Shown one piece after another: positions 1 to 13,488 of a DNA stretch of 64,000 nucleotides (position 1 is its first letter; each line of letters starts with the position of its first letter). Below the pieces are notes generated by a model. That model worked only from the letters and a program-made list of their open reading frames with translations, searched no databases and was not told where the DNA came from. The stretch is taken from contig NC_042999.1 of NCBI RefSeq assembly GCF_006345805.1, forward strand, positions 44,082,001 through 44,146,000, read 5' to 3'. Source of the DNA: Octopus sinensis. Taxonomy: Eukaryota. The position numbers and the translations under genes were made by a program.

Positions 1-160
1 GTGATTCATATTAGTCTGCCCCCTGTTCTTGACTTGTCCAACATGAGAGGCCCCTATCAGGAGCTTGCACTCTGCTGGCATATCTTTCAGGACCATTGAG
101 GCATATAAACCACAACAACAAGAACTGGACCTTGTGGTGGCAGTAAGAAGCCTCTTGGTT

Positions 161-381
161 AAGGCGGCAAGCTGGCAGAAACGTTAGCACGTCGGGCGAA
201 ATGCTTAGCGGTATTTCATCTGCCGTTACGTTTTGAGTTCAAATTCTGCCGGGGTCGACTTTACCTTTCATCCTTTCGGGGTCGATTAAATAAGTACCAG
301 TTATGCACTGGGGTTGATATAATCAACTTAATACCTTTATTTGTCCCCTCTATGTTTAGCTCCTTGTGGGCAATAAAGAAA
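161..381 (+). mobile_element. SINE family A with 17-bp TSD
   Basis: GGCGGC.AGCTGGCAGAA head, GTCGACTTT.CCTTTCATCCTTTCGGGGTCGAT core, AATAAAGAAA tail. TSD TAAGAAGCCTCTTGGTT at 144-160 and 382-398. Confidence 0.9.
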
Positions 382-617
382 TAAGAAGCCTCTTGGTTTT
401 AAGTTTTGCTTCCATATTTGGAATTTTTTCTCTAATTTTTCTTTTTTTTTTCTTTTTTGACTGGTTCAGCTATGAAAACTCAGTCATTAACATACAGAGA
501 GATGTTCCCACAGTCAGTCAGTCTTAAAGTACTCTGTTATGGCCAGGAGATCTTTAATAAACATACTTATAAATTTGTTTCATCAAATGTAGAAAAAAAT
601 ATTTTCATGAAACATCA

Positions 618-656
<39 letters not shown>

Positions 657-1917
657 TGCGTGTGTGTGTGCACTATCATTATGTAAATATTTTTAGTTCA
701 TACATTGACATCAGAACTGTCACATATAACATGTGACAGGTTTGTAGTAGTTATTTTTGTTGTCCAGTTTATAGTAGTGGAACTGTTTGTACAAACATCT
801 GATAGCTGATTGAAAGGCTTGTATTGACCTGCAGGCATGGCTCTGGGGTTAAGAGGTACCTTGAGCAAGTGCCTTCTGTCATGTCACAGGTTAATCAGTA
901 CCATGTGAGTGGGATTTGATAGATCAGGTAGAAGCCTCTGTGTGTGTGTGTGTACACACATATACACACTTACCACAATTTAACCCATGAAACAAATGAC
1001 CTTATCAAATATTTTTTTTAAAGATTAGCTTGTAAGGTTAAGAAGTTCACTTTACAACCACATGATTTTTAGTTCAGTCTCACTGCACAGCACTTTGTAT
1101 AAGTGTCTTCTAATAGTCCTGTACTGAGCAATGCTTTGTGATTGAATTTAGTAAGCGCATATAATAGAAAGTATATCACAAACACACACGCACATGTGCT
1201 CACAGATGTGCATGAACATCCCACAGCTTTGCTTAAGTGAGATGGTGAATGATGCTTACACTCCTTGTCATGACCAGTCCACTCTGCGCTTTCAAAATAC
1301 CAATAGAATAAATGATCCCTTGCTTGAAACAGGTAAGGGTTTTAGTGACAGGAAGAACATCTGGTCATAAATTGCTGCTTCAAATACGGTCCCAACCAAA
1401 GCTGGTATAGAAAAACAACGTTGAGCAAAGGAGCAAATGATATGTGTACATATATACATATGTGTGTTTGTCTGCTGATCGATGCTTGTCTGCTTGTCAG
1501 CGAAGGATATAAACTAATTTTTGTTCTACACTGAGGTATAGATACTCCCTTGTTTCTCTCAACAACAGAAATAAGGTGAGCAATGATACTATTGATCACC
1601 AATTTGAAAAATTATATAAGTAACCCACAAGTCCTGCACTTTGAGTATTTCTAAATATGATGTTCTGTGTGTGAGTATCTAGGTTGAACTTGTTTTGATA
1701 TAGGCTACATTGTGCTAAAATTACTCTGTCAAATGTAATGCTTACATTTTTTCCACATTGTATTAAATGTGAATTTTTAATAATGTAATTGTATATATTG
1801 TAGAGCAGTGTGAGAGGCTGCATCTGGTCAGTTTGAACAATAAACAGGATGAGAATTCTATGAAGCTCTTTCATTGGTTCAGTTTAGTTAGGACAAGACC
1901 TATATTTACACACACAC

Positions 1918-1968
<51 letters not shown>

Positions 1969-2059
1969 ATATATATATATAATATATGGACTGTTTTCCA
2001 AATGGAGGCAAACACCTTTCTCCATGTGATCAGCTTGAAAAATTAAGATACTAAGGTAA

Positions 2060-2073
2060 TATATGTATGTATG

Positions 2074-2110
<37 letters not shown>

Positions 2111-2208
2111 AATGTATGTATGTATATGTATGTATAGTTATGTATGTATGTATATATATGTATGTATAATATGTATGTATGTATATATATGTATGTATAT
2201 ATTGTATG

Positions 2209-2243
<35 letters not shown>

Positions 2244-2262
2244 GTGTATGTATATATGTGTA

Positions 2263-2302
<40 letters not shown>

Positions 2303-2544
2303 GTTGTATGTGTAATTGTATATATGTATATATGTGTATATATGTATATAATATATATATATATATATATGTGTGTATATATATATATATGTGTGTGTGT
2401 ATATATGTGTATATATATATATATGTGTGTGTATATATGTGTTAATATATATGTGGTGTGTATATATGTGTATATATATATATATATGTGTGTGTATATA
2501 TGTATATATATATATATGTGTGTGTATATATGTATATATATATA

Positions 2545-2575
<31 letters not shown>

Positions 2576-3843
2576 GTATGTATATATGTGTGTATGTATA
2601 TATATGTATGTATATATGTGTGTATATATATATGTATGTATATATGTGTGTATATATATATGTATGTATATATGTGTATGTATATATGTGTATGTATATA
2701 TGTGTATGTATATATGTGTATGTATATATGTGTATGTATATATGTGTATATATATATGTGTATATATATATGTGTATGTATATATGTGTATGTATATATG
2801 TGTATGTATATATGTGTATGTATATATGTGTTAGTATATATGTGTATGTATATATGTGTATGTATATATGTGTATGTATATATGTGTATGATATATGTGT
2901 ATGTATATATGTGTATGTATATATATGTATGTATATATATGTGTATGTGATATATGTGTATGTATATATGGGTATGTATATATGTGTATGGTATATGTGT
3001 ATGTATATATGTGTATGTAATATGTGTTGTATATATGTGTATATATATATATGTGTATGTATATATGTGTATATATATATATGTGTATGTATATATGTGT
3101 ATATATATTATGTATGTATATATGTGTATATATATGTATGTATATATGTGTATGTGATATATGTGTATATATATATATATGTATGTATATATATGTTGTA
3201 TATATGTGTATAATATATATATGTATGTATATATGTGTATATATATATATGTATGTATATATGTGTATATATATATATATATGTATGTATATATGTGTAT
3301 ATATATATATGTATGTATATGTGTGTATTATATATGTATGTATATATGTGTATGTATATATGTGTATGTATATATGTGTATGTATATATGTGTATGTATA
3401 TATGTGTATGTATATATGTGTATATATATATGTGTATATATATATGTGTATGTATATATGTGTATGTATATATGTGTATGTATATGTGTATGTATATATG
3501 TGTATGTATATATGTGTATGTATATATGTGTATGTATATATGTGTATGTATATATGTGTATGTATATATGTGTATGTATATATGTGTATGTATATATATG
3601 TATGTATATATATGTGTATGTATATATGTGTATGTATATATGTGTATGTATATATGTGTATGTATATATGTGTATGTATATATGTGTATGTATATATGTG
3701 TATGTATATATGTGTATATATATATATGTGTATGTATATATGTGTATATATATATATGTGTATGTATATATGTGTATATATATATATGTATGTATATATG
3801 TGTATATATATATGTATGTATATATGTGTATGTATATATGTGT

Positions 3844-3881
<38 letters not shown>

Positions 3882-4130
3882 GTGTATATATATATATGTA
3901 TGTATATATGTGTATATATATATATGTATGTATATATGTGTATATATATATATATGTATGTATATATGTGTATATATATATATGTATGTATATATGTGTA
4001 TATATATGTATGTATATATGTGTATATATATGTATGTATATATGTGTGTATATATATATATGTATGTATATATGTGTATATATATATGTATGTATGTATA
4101 TATGTGTATATATATATGTATGTATGTATA
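2060..4130. repeat. Compound TA/TG micro-/minisatellite (includes 14-bp TGTGTATGTATATA unit)
   Basis: Almost purely alternating purine-pyrimidine sequence with drifting higher-order units. Confidence 0.95.
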
Positions 4131-6764
4131 TTGATTGATTGATTGATTCTAGTTTCAGCTTATGAGCTGTGGCCATGCTGGGGCACCGCCATTTGGTGTT
4201 GCTACTTGGTTTCACTTCATGGAGGCTTTCTAGCAACTGCTATTTGGTGCATGAGAGAGTTCGATGCAGCTGCCCTCATCTGCCCCTCCTGCCGTGAAGT
4301 TGGTTCATCTGGGACACCTGACAGGAAGAGATCCAGCTTCATTTTAAAGACATCTGTATCCACCCCATGCAGGTCTCTCAGGTTCTTCGGAGGATATTGA
4401 AGAGCTGTGGGCCTCGGAAGCCCAGGCTATCACAGAATCTTGTCCTACATCTTGATGGCAGGTTTGGAGTCCTAGGCACCACGCAGTGGCGCCCAGTTCT
4501 GGCATTTGCGTAACTCTCGATGCCAAAGTTCAGGACACTTCCCTCCAGGATCTTCCAGATGTATATTATGGCATATCTTTCCCGCCTACGCTCCAGAGAA
4601 TATAATTTTAATCTCTTGAGTCTTTCCCAGTAGCTTACATTCTGCATAGAGGCTATCTTCTTTGTGTAGCTTCGTTGGATCGCCTCAAGTTCTGTGATCA
4701 ACTTGACACTGGATGGTGACCATAGCTGAGAGCAATAGTCAAAGTGGCTTAGGACAAGTGTCTTCCAGAGGACCATCATGGTTTTTTTTCTCTTGTTCTA
4801 AAGGTTCTAAGAATCCATCCAGCCAGCCGTCTACATTTCATTGTCAGTTTAGCAACATGTACATGAAAGGTCGCGTCATCACTCATGTGAATACCCAGGT
4901 CACGCACTGATTGTGCCTCTGGGATTGCAATCCTCCGGGTCCGTGTATTCATTGGGTATGCATTCAGTTTTGCTTGCTGATAGTATAAAGCTTGAAACTT
5001 TCCAGCATTGAACTGCATGCTATTCTTTTCAGCCCACTTGTATATTTCGTCCAGCTCACATTGCAGGTGTTTAGTGTCCTCAGGGTCTGTATTGCCTGTG
5101 AAACTTTTGTATCATCTGCATAACTTGTGATCGTGGCTCTCTGCGTGGCTGAGGGCATGTCTGAGAGGGCCATTATGAACAGTAGTGGTCCCAGAACAGT
5201 GCCCTGCGGAACACTGCTCACTATTTGTGTGTTAATGGAGGTGGCCCCATTGGCTACTACCACCTGACTTCTATCCTTCAGAAGTCATGAAGCCATTCTC
5301 CCAGTTTTCCAACTATGTTGAGATCACGCAGTTTGTGACATATCATTCCATGATCGACTTTATCAAAGGCCTTGCAAAGTCGAGATATATCACTTCCACA
5401 TTTGAGTGGTGAGCAGCCGTTTCAGCACCCAGTCATAGTGTTGTAGGAGTGAGTTAAACAGCTTCTCCCTGGTCGGAAACCATGTTGGGTGTCGGGCAGC
5501 AAGTCATTCTCTTCAAGGAAGGTGATCAGCTTCCTTCTGACTATTCGTTCCATGACCTTGCTGATGTGTGAGAGGTCAGAGAGATAGGTCTATAGTTCTT
5601 GGCTTCCGCTCTGCTACCTCCTTTATGAATGGGGCATATTTTACCTTCCTTCAGTTTTCCTGGAAGTTTGCCAGCTGCAAGGAAGCTCTGAAAGAGGAAC
5701 TGCAGTGGTCTTGCTAGGACTCTCTTACATGCTTTTAGGAGGATTGCCGGGAATCCATCGGGGCCAGTAGCTGAGTCTGTTTTCATTTCATCTATAGCCT
5801 TGGTTACATCGTCGCCGCCTCTGATTTTATATCTGCAGTGGTAAAAAAGTCAGTTGGATTGGTGATTTGGAGATGCCCAAGGGGTGGAGTGAAAACACTC
5901 TTGAATTGCTCATTCAGTATTTCACTTACCCTCATTGGTTTTCCTGTAAGTGTGCCATCCTTTTCGAGGAGTGGCCCTATTCTACAGTGCACTGTAGCTG
6001 TTTCTTTGGCATACCTGTAGAAAGCTCTGGGGTTAGATTTTATGTTTTCTATAGCCCAGGCTTCTTTGTCTGCTCTTTCTTTTTCATGGGAGAGTTGCAG
6101 ACATTTTTCGATTTCCAACAGTTTTATTTTTAGGCGGGACTTTTCACTGCTTTCAATCTGTTTTAGGCGATTTGAAAATTTCGTACGCCGTCTCATTAAA
6201 ATTTTCCTCTCTCTGGGGATTTTGTTCTTGTGTACAGTGGCCTTTCTCTCTGGGACACATTTGTAGCATATGGCTTGCATTACAGACATGAATTGTTGAA
6301 GTTTCACGTCGATGTCTGGCGAGGAGAGACATTTAGGCCAGTTTTGTTTGAGGATCTCTTTCTCAATTTGTTTCCAGTTTGCCTTATGGTAGTTCAAGCT
6401 GGAAAGATTTTGAGGGTTTCTTGTAGGCTGCATGTCCGTGCTCTCTTTTGGCCCGTACATGGTCAGCTCTATCATGTTGTGATCCGAGAGTAGTGTCGGT
6501 GTCACTTTCACATTATGGATGAGATCCATGTCATTTGTGAAGCAGAGATCCAGTGTGTTACCTGCCCTGGTTGGTTGGAGTATTACCTGCTCCATGTACA
6601 GGGTGTTGATGAGGTTCAGGAGGGACCTCGCCTGTCCTCGTTCACATCTTGTCATTCCTGGGAGAGAAAGGCCCTCGGGCCATCTGACATTGGGCAGATT
6701 GAAGTCTCCCATAAGAAGCACACCTATGTGTTGCTCTAATGTGGTTAGAATTTCTTCTATTTTT
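4131..6764 (-). mobile_element. 5'-truncated, frameshifted CR1/L2-group LINE (APE endonuclease + reverse transcriptase)
   Basis: GDFN endonuclease motif (ORF 5804-6721), PGPDG-like ATGPDG and NYRPISLTS (5541-5786), VPQGTVLGPLLF and SYADDTK (4964-5263), C-terminal DYCSQLWSP/RRRERY (4378-4779). Frames are broken by several frameshifts. (AATC)n tail at 4131-4148. Confidence 0.95.
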
Positions 6765-7830
6765 ATATATGTGTATATATATATGTATGTATGTATATGT
6801 GTATATATATATGTATGTATGTATATATGTGTATATATATATGTATGTATGTATATGTGTATATATATATGTATGTATGTATATGTGTATATATATATGT
6901 ATGTATGTATATATGTGTATATATATATATGTATGTATGTATATATGTGTATATATATATATGTAGTATGTATATATGTGTATATATATATATGATGTAT
7001 GTATATATGGTATATATATATATGTATGTATGTATATATGTGTGGTATATATATATATGTATGTATGTATATTATGTGATATATATATATATGTATGTAT
7101 GTATATATGTGTATATATATATGTATGTATGTTATATGTGTATATATATATATGTATGTATGTATATATGTGTATATATATATGTATGTATGTATATATG
7201 TGTATATATATATATGTATGTATGTATATATGTGTATATATATATATGTATGTATGTGTATATATATATATGTATGTATGTGTATATATATATATGTATG
7301 TATGTGTATATATATATATGTATGTATGTATATATGTGTATATATATATATGTATGTATGTATATATGTGTATATATATATATGTATGTATGTATATATG
7401 TGTATATATATATATAATATGTATGTATATATGTGTATATATATATATGTATGTATGTATATATGTGTATATATATATATGTATGTATGTATATATGTGT
7501 ATATATATGTATGTATATATGTGTATATATATGTATGTATATATGTGTATATATGTGTATATATATATGTATGTATGTATATATGTGTATATATATATAT
7601 GTATGTATATATGTGTATATATATATATGTATGTATGTATATATGTGTATATATATATATGTATGTATGTATATATGTGTATATATATATATGTATGTAT
7701 GTATATATGTGTATATATATATATGTATGTATGTATATATGTGTATATATATGTATGTATGTATATATGTGTATATATATATGTATGTATGTATATATGT
7801 GTGTGTTATGTATGTATATATATATATATA
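6765..7830. repeat. Compound TA/TG minisatellite (~28-32-bp unit)
   Basis: Repeats of TATATGTGTATATATATATGTATGTATG-like units, the same unit as the end of the array left of the LINE. Confidence 0.95.
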
Positions 7831-7994
7831 TTATAAAATATTATTAGAGACAAAACCACTATTTTGCAAAACAAACAAGGAAAGACTTAATCAATACATA
7901 AAATTTTAATAAAATAAAATTTTATGTTTTGATTAAGTCTTTCCTTGTTTGTTTTGCAAAATAGTGGTTTTGTCTCTAATAATATTTTATAATA
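7829..7994. repeat. Near-perfect ~166-bp palindrome (fold-back element)
   Basis: ~80-bp arms (ATAAAATATTATTAGAGACAAAACC...CATAAAATTTTA and its reverse complement) with one mismatch and a ~6-nt loop. Confidence 0.9.
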
Positions 7995-9089
7995 TTTTAC
8001 TATAAAATTGGATTTAATCCTAAATCTGATTTTTTCCCTGTAAATTTGGATTTATTCCCTAATATTTATTATATATATATATAATATATATATATATAAT
8101 GTATGTGTATATATAAAAAAATTAAATTGATAGGGATATTTTTGTTATTGTTGTCTGCTCAATTATGTAATTAATTTATTGTAATAATTAGATTTATTTA
8201 ATGCGATAATTATTTTTGCTCTTAAATCTGTTTAAATAGTAACATAAAAGAAAAAGTAAAGCCTTTTTAAATCAGCTTTAAATTGAAGTAGTGAGTGACA
8301 TCATATTTATTGTACTAGGATTTGCTTCCTCTCCTCAGAGGCAACTTTCAAATAATGAGGTAATATTTAAATCAGTATTAAACTAAAATGTTACATTTTA
8401 AAATTTTAATCCTTGATGATGTCATTTTCTATTTGTTGCTAAAGTTTACGATTAAATCCCCTTTAATATACCTCTCTTCCTCCTAAAGGTAAGTTGTTCA
8501 ACAGTCAATGAAGTTTTTTAAAACAACTTTGAAGCTGTTGAAAATATAACGATGACCATCTTACATTTGATGACAATCATTTTACATTCTTTGTTTGCTT
8601 TTCCTGGAATATTTTCGGGTGACAATATGCAGCTGTGTGACAGGTTTTGAAAGAGGTTTAGTGGTTTTGTGGCAGAATTAGACCATTTCTTAATCTCTCT
8701 TTCTATGGCTAGATTAGTTTAATTGCTAATATTTTAACCGTATAAAAGTTTGGAGACTTAATAGATACTTCCGTATTTTTTTTAAACCTAAAATCAATTT
8801 TCATCTCAATGCTAATTTTTTTGTCTGGACTGGGGAATATACAAGTAATTAATAAATAATCAGTAATGCATATTCTGATATTATAAATGGTCTTTTTAGA
8901 GTCAATATACATCTATACATTCTTGTATCTAATTGCATATGCATTTCCACATATATGTGTGATCACAGGTATATTTCTTTCTCTATGTATTTGTGTGTGT
9001 GTTGTATTTATGGATTGTATGCCTTTTGCATGTTTTCCTGATTCCTAAATGTATGCAGACATGAACAATCAATATAGCGTGTGCGTGTG

Positions 9090-9322
9090 TATTTCTTTAT
9101 TGCCCACAAGGGGCTAAACATAGAGGGGACAAACAAAGACAGACAAAGGGATTAAGTCGATTACATCGACTCCAGTGCATAACTGGTACTTTATTTATCG
9201 ACCCCGATAGGATGAAAGGCAAAGTCGACCTCGGCGGAATTTGAACTCAGAACCTGGTGGCAGACAAAATACTGCTAAGCATTTCGGCCGGCATGCTAAC
9301 GATTCTGCCAGCTCGCTGCCTT
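9090..9322 (-). mobile_element. SINE family A
   Basis: Full-length reverse-complement match to 161-381. Confidence 0.9.
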
Positions 9323-11022
9323 TAACAAGTTCCCAAATATGTATGTATGTATGTATGTGTGTGTGTGTGTGTACACATACACAAGATTGTGTCTTCATAT
9401 CAGTTATATACATATAGACAGACACGTGCAGGTAGTGCCATATAGTTTGTTTACATAGGAAACTAAATTAATTTTTGTCATTAAAATGATCAAACTCACT
9501 CTAATTATCATCACCCTTTTACATCTGTTTTCCTATGTTGACACGGTGGGTTTGAGGGTCTTGTTTTACCTAAGCATCTTGTCACTTGTTGCAGTCCTCT
9601 GTAATCTGCTGCACACATCAGAGAGAAGTGCCAATTTTTGTTATGTATGATATGGATGCCTGGCAGGGTTTTTGAATATCTATCCTTTGATGTCCCATCT
9701 GTACTTCAATGTACTTCATAGAAAAGATAAAGGATGTGTGAATGGAGAACAAAATGTAAAAAAAAATTGATATTTTCGGTGGGGTGCTCTTTTGTTTGAG
9801 AATTGTATTTTCGTTTCCCCGTTATGTGTGAGACTTTGAAGACAACTCTTCCAAAACATAATCAGATGCCTTCTGTGTTGCCACTGTCCACACTTGGAGG
9901 TTGTCTGCTCTGTGTTAGTTTTTATTCAGTTACTAACCCTACCCACACTGCCTTCCCTACTTATACAGTCCTTATCACCTCTGCATCTTTGTGAGGTTTT
10001 TAATGGTGTCACAAACAACTTTACAGTGGTTAGCAATAGGAAGTATACTCTAAAAAACAAAAAATCAGATTGTTTATATACCATTGTCCAAGCTTAATTC
10101 ATATGTTCCATGTTAACTAGTAACTAGAAGTGGAAGTGGGGCACCACTCAGTCGCTCAACCTGCTAGGAATAGCAGTCAGATCATCCTCAAATCAAACTT
10201 TACTGTCTGATGAAGGGAAGAACATAATGGATAATGTTGTCCTTGGGTCACACTGTTCTGTACAAAGATGGAATTGTCACACCTTGGATGCCTTCAATCA
10301 GTTATGCTAAATCAGGGTGGCTTGTAGTTAAAGAACAATATCAACTACATTTTCCTTATGCACTAATTGCCTTATCCACTTAAACCACCAGATCATTATT
10401 TATTCTGGATATGTAGTAGTAGTTGTTGTGTATGTATGTCTGTGTGTGTGTGAGAGGGAGAGAGATTCACACATATGCACAAGTGGGTCTTATTGAGGTT
10501 GTGGTTCTGACTACAACGAAGCTGAATAAAAGCCAGCAAGGTCATGATCATAATTATTCAGTTGTCAAAATGACATGTTCTCCAGGGTGGGGGTAACCTC
10601 AAAATTGTTTTAGAGGAAAGCTAAAAATAGTTCTTTTTTCGTTTTTTTAGTAATTACTTGTGAGTGAAATTTGATAGTTTTGGAAAGTGTGGAAGTCCTT
10701 CATGTCTGTTTATATGGGGTGTGTGTATGTAGGGAGGTAGGTAAGTAGATAAATAGTTAGATAGTTGTGTATGCACTTATGCTTACACTGCATATAAAAA
10801 AATTATACTGTTTTATGTTGTACCCTTTTGTGTTCTATAACTTAACAGTTCATGAAAGAGGTTACAGATTGAATTAGGTACTGGAGTTGATATAGTCAAC
10901 AAAACATCCCTGAAGGGCCAGCATATCCACAGTCCAATCACTGAAACCATTAAATGCATAAAACTGTGTAAAGGTTCCAGGCTTGCTATAGTGCCTGTGT
11001 GAAGGTTTTAAGCACTATAAAC

Positions 11023-11763
11023 CAGGGGTTCTCTACCATTTTCTATCTATGGACACCCCTTTGATTACTATTTATTCTGGTGGAACCACCACCACCCTCC
11101 CCAGTAGACATTTGATTTTTAAAAATTTGTCTTATAGAAACTTCCTTCAATACTCTTGATTTGTTTTTCACAATGACGAAAGACTGAGATCTCTGGAGAT
11201 ATGCTGTGACTGCGAAAACCAGACAAATAACGTGAGTTCATGCCTGTTTCCTGCACCAGCTTCACATAGCAGCCCCAGCCCATCCAAAGTACCTTGGATC
11301 GCAAGATGGCCTGCTGTGCTTACCTTGGATCGTAGGGCGACCTGCTGTGCTTGAGGAGACCTATTGAGTCAAGTACATCAACATCAAAATAAATATCAAA
11401 TGGAAACTGTAGTTGTGATACCCGTGCCAGTGGCACGTAAAAAGCACCAACCAATCGTGACCGTTGCCTGCCTCCCCTGGCACCTGTGCTGGTGGCATGT
11501 AAAAAGCACCCACTACACTCACAGAGTGGTTGGCATTAGGAAGGGCATCTAGTGGTAGAAACTTGTGTAGGTTGAAGTATGTAAACTGTTTGAAAAAGAA
11601 ACCCAGTTGTTTCTTGCAATATACATACATCTACAGGAACACTTTTTCTTGAGCTCTTAAGATATTATTGTGGATCCCCTATTTACTATTTTCTTACGTG
11701 GACACCTCTCCCAATCTTATATGGACCTTGAGGGGCCATATGGTACCAGGTTGAGAGCCACTG
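11023..11763. mobile_element. hAT (Charlie-like) MITE with nested retroposon
   Basis: Ends CAGGGGTTCTCTACC / GGTTGAGAGCCACTG; 8-bp TSD CTATAAAC / CTTTAAAC. Confidence 0.75.
11170..11575 (+). mobile_element. Family C retroposon (RTE-type tail) nested in a hAT MITE
   Basis: Matches 46081-46490 in reverse; GGCACGTAAAAAGCACC units and TTGGCATTAGGAAGGGCATC. Confidence 0.8.
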
Positions 11764-12417
11764 CTTTAAACTAGTACTGTACTTTAACAGTTATTCAACA
11801 TTCCTTAGGCCAGATATGGAGCCTCTGTGATCCTCAAATTGTTCTTTATTTATATGTGTGTTTCTGTGTGAATGTTTATACCTGTGCTTTGTGTGAAAAA
11901 GTGCTCACTTACATGCAGTATAGTTTGCTGATATTACCTTGTCAGTAAATCATCCAGTCATTAGCTCTGCACTTTCAAAGACAAGTGGAATGGAAATTAC
12001 TTTACTTGGAAAACAGCTATGGGTTAATGACAGGAAAGGTGTCTGGTGGTGTAACAGTGTCTCAATAATGTGTATTCGTCTAACCCATGGTAGCATGGAA
12101 AAGCAGGCATAACAAGAAGGAATAAAAATGTCTTAAAGGATTTGTTAGGATAATATTGTCCTAAATAGAGGGAGTAGTCATGGCGACCTTGGTCATAGAT
12201 CTACTTGATCAGAGCTGAATTGAGGCCATACAGTAACAAACGATATATCTTGTTACTTACAGGTATGGACAATTCATCTTCACAATACCACTTCATCACA
12301 TACATCTTAGTAGTTTGAGCTACCAGAATTAGACTATAAGCAACTCCTCGGTCATTTGGCCAATGTCTTAATGACTTTGTACATAGTAAAAACCTAATAC
12401 ATTTTGATTGCTCGGTA

Positions 12418-12653
12418 GGTGTAGGAGTGGCTGTGTGGTAAGTAGCTTGCTTACGCACCACATGGTTCTGGGTTCAGTCCCACTGCGTGGCACCTTGGGC
12501 AAGTGTCTTCTACTATAGCCATGGGCTGACCAAACCCTTGTGAGTGAATTTGGTAGACGGAAACTGAAAGAAGCCTGTCCTGGGGTCAATTTGCTTGACT
12601 AAATTTGGTGCTCCAGCATGACCACAGTCAAATGACTGAAACAAGTAAAAGAG
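12418..12653 (+). mobile_element. SINE family B (internally deleted)
   Basis: GG.G.AGGAGTGGCTGTGTGGTAAGTAGC head, TGGCACCTTGGGCAAGTG core, CAGTCAAATGACTGAAACAAGTAAAAGAG tail. Confidence 0.85.
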
Positions 12654-13197
12654 ATGAAGAGGTTTTTTTTTTTTTTGTACTGCTGAAAAATCTTTTTAGT
12701 ACTAACCACTTACCTTGAAAATTATAATAGTACTTATTCCAAGCTAAATAAATTGGAGTATATATCATCATCGCCATTATTCTAACATATACTTTTCCAT
12801 GTTTACATGGGTTAAACAGAATTCATTGAGGTTGATTTTCTACTGCTGGATGCACTTTTTGTTGCTCACCCTCACCTGTTTCTAATAAGCCAGGTAATAT
12901 TTCCTCATAGTCATGTTTGTCACAGAATATCAGAAATGAACGACACTGCTTGTATGACAGCAACATTCATTTACAACTATTACTTGATGTCAAAACAAGA
13001 ATACACAAGCACACATACACATACATCCAATGAGCTTCTTTCAGTTTCCCTCTACCACATCCTCTCAGAAGGCTTTGGTCTGCCTGAGATTATAGCAGAA
13101 GACCCTCGCCCAAGGTGCCAAGCAATGGGACTGAACCTGAAACTATGTGGTTTGGAAACAAACTACGTAACCACACAACCATGCTATATAGATTAAT

Positions 13198-13488
13198 AAG
13201 CACCATCCGTTCGTGTCCGTTGCCAGCCTCGCCTGGCCCCCGTGCCGGTGGCACATAAAAGCACCATCCGTTCGTGGCCGTTTGCCAGCTCTGTCTGGCA
13301 CCTGTGCGGGTGGCACGTAAAAAGCACCCACTACACTCACGGAGTGGTTGGCATTAGGAAGGGCATCCAGCCGTAGAAACACTGCCAGATCTGACTGGGC
13401 CTGATGAAGCCTTCCAGCTTCACAGACCCCAGTTGAACCGTCCAACCCATGCTAGCATGGAAAACGGACGCTAAACGCTGATGATGAT
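13198..13488 (+). mobile_element. Family C retroposon 3' part with (GAT)n tail
   Basis: AGGAAGGGCATCCAGC...CCAACCCATGCTAGCATGGAAAACGGACG..AAACG(ATG)n. Confidence 0.85.

Noticed and set aside
161-250. tRNA-like heads of SINEs as tRNA genes
   Set aside because: No complete cloverleaf; they are parts of dispersed SINEs with tails and TSDs.
2067-4236. Long ORFs (up to 372 aa) of M/C/V/Y/I or H/T/Y/I repeats
   Set aside because: Artefacts of translating TA/TG satellites, which lack stop codons in most frames.
6739-7909. Overlapping MYVCIY-type ORFs
   Set aside because: Same microsatellite artefact.
8320-8500. Possible 21-nt micro-exon (8339-8359) and AAG|GTAAGT recursive-splice-like site (8488/8489)
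   Set aside because: Non-YAG acceptor at the recursive site, no protein support, and such motifs arise by chance in 64 kb of AT-rich DNA.
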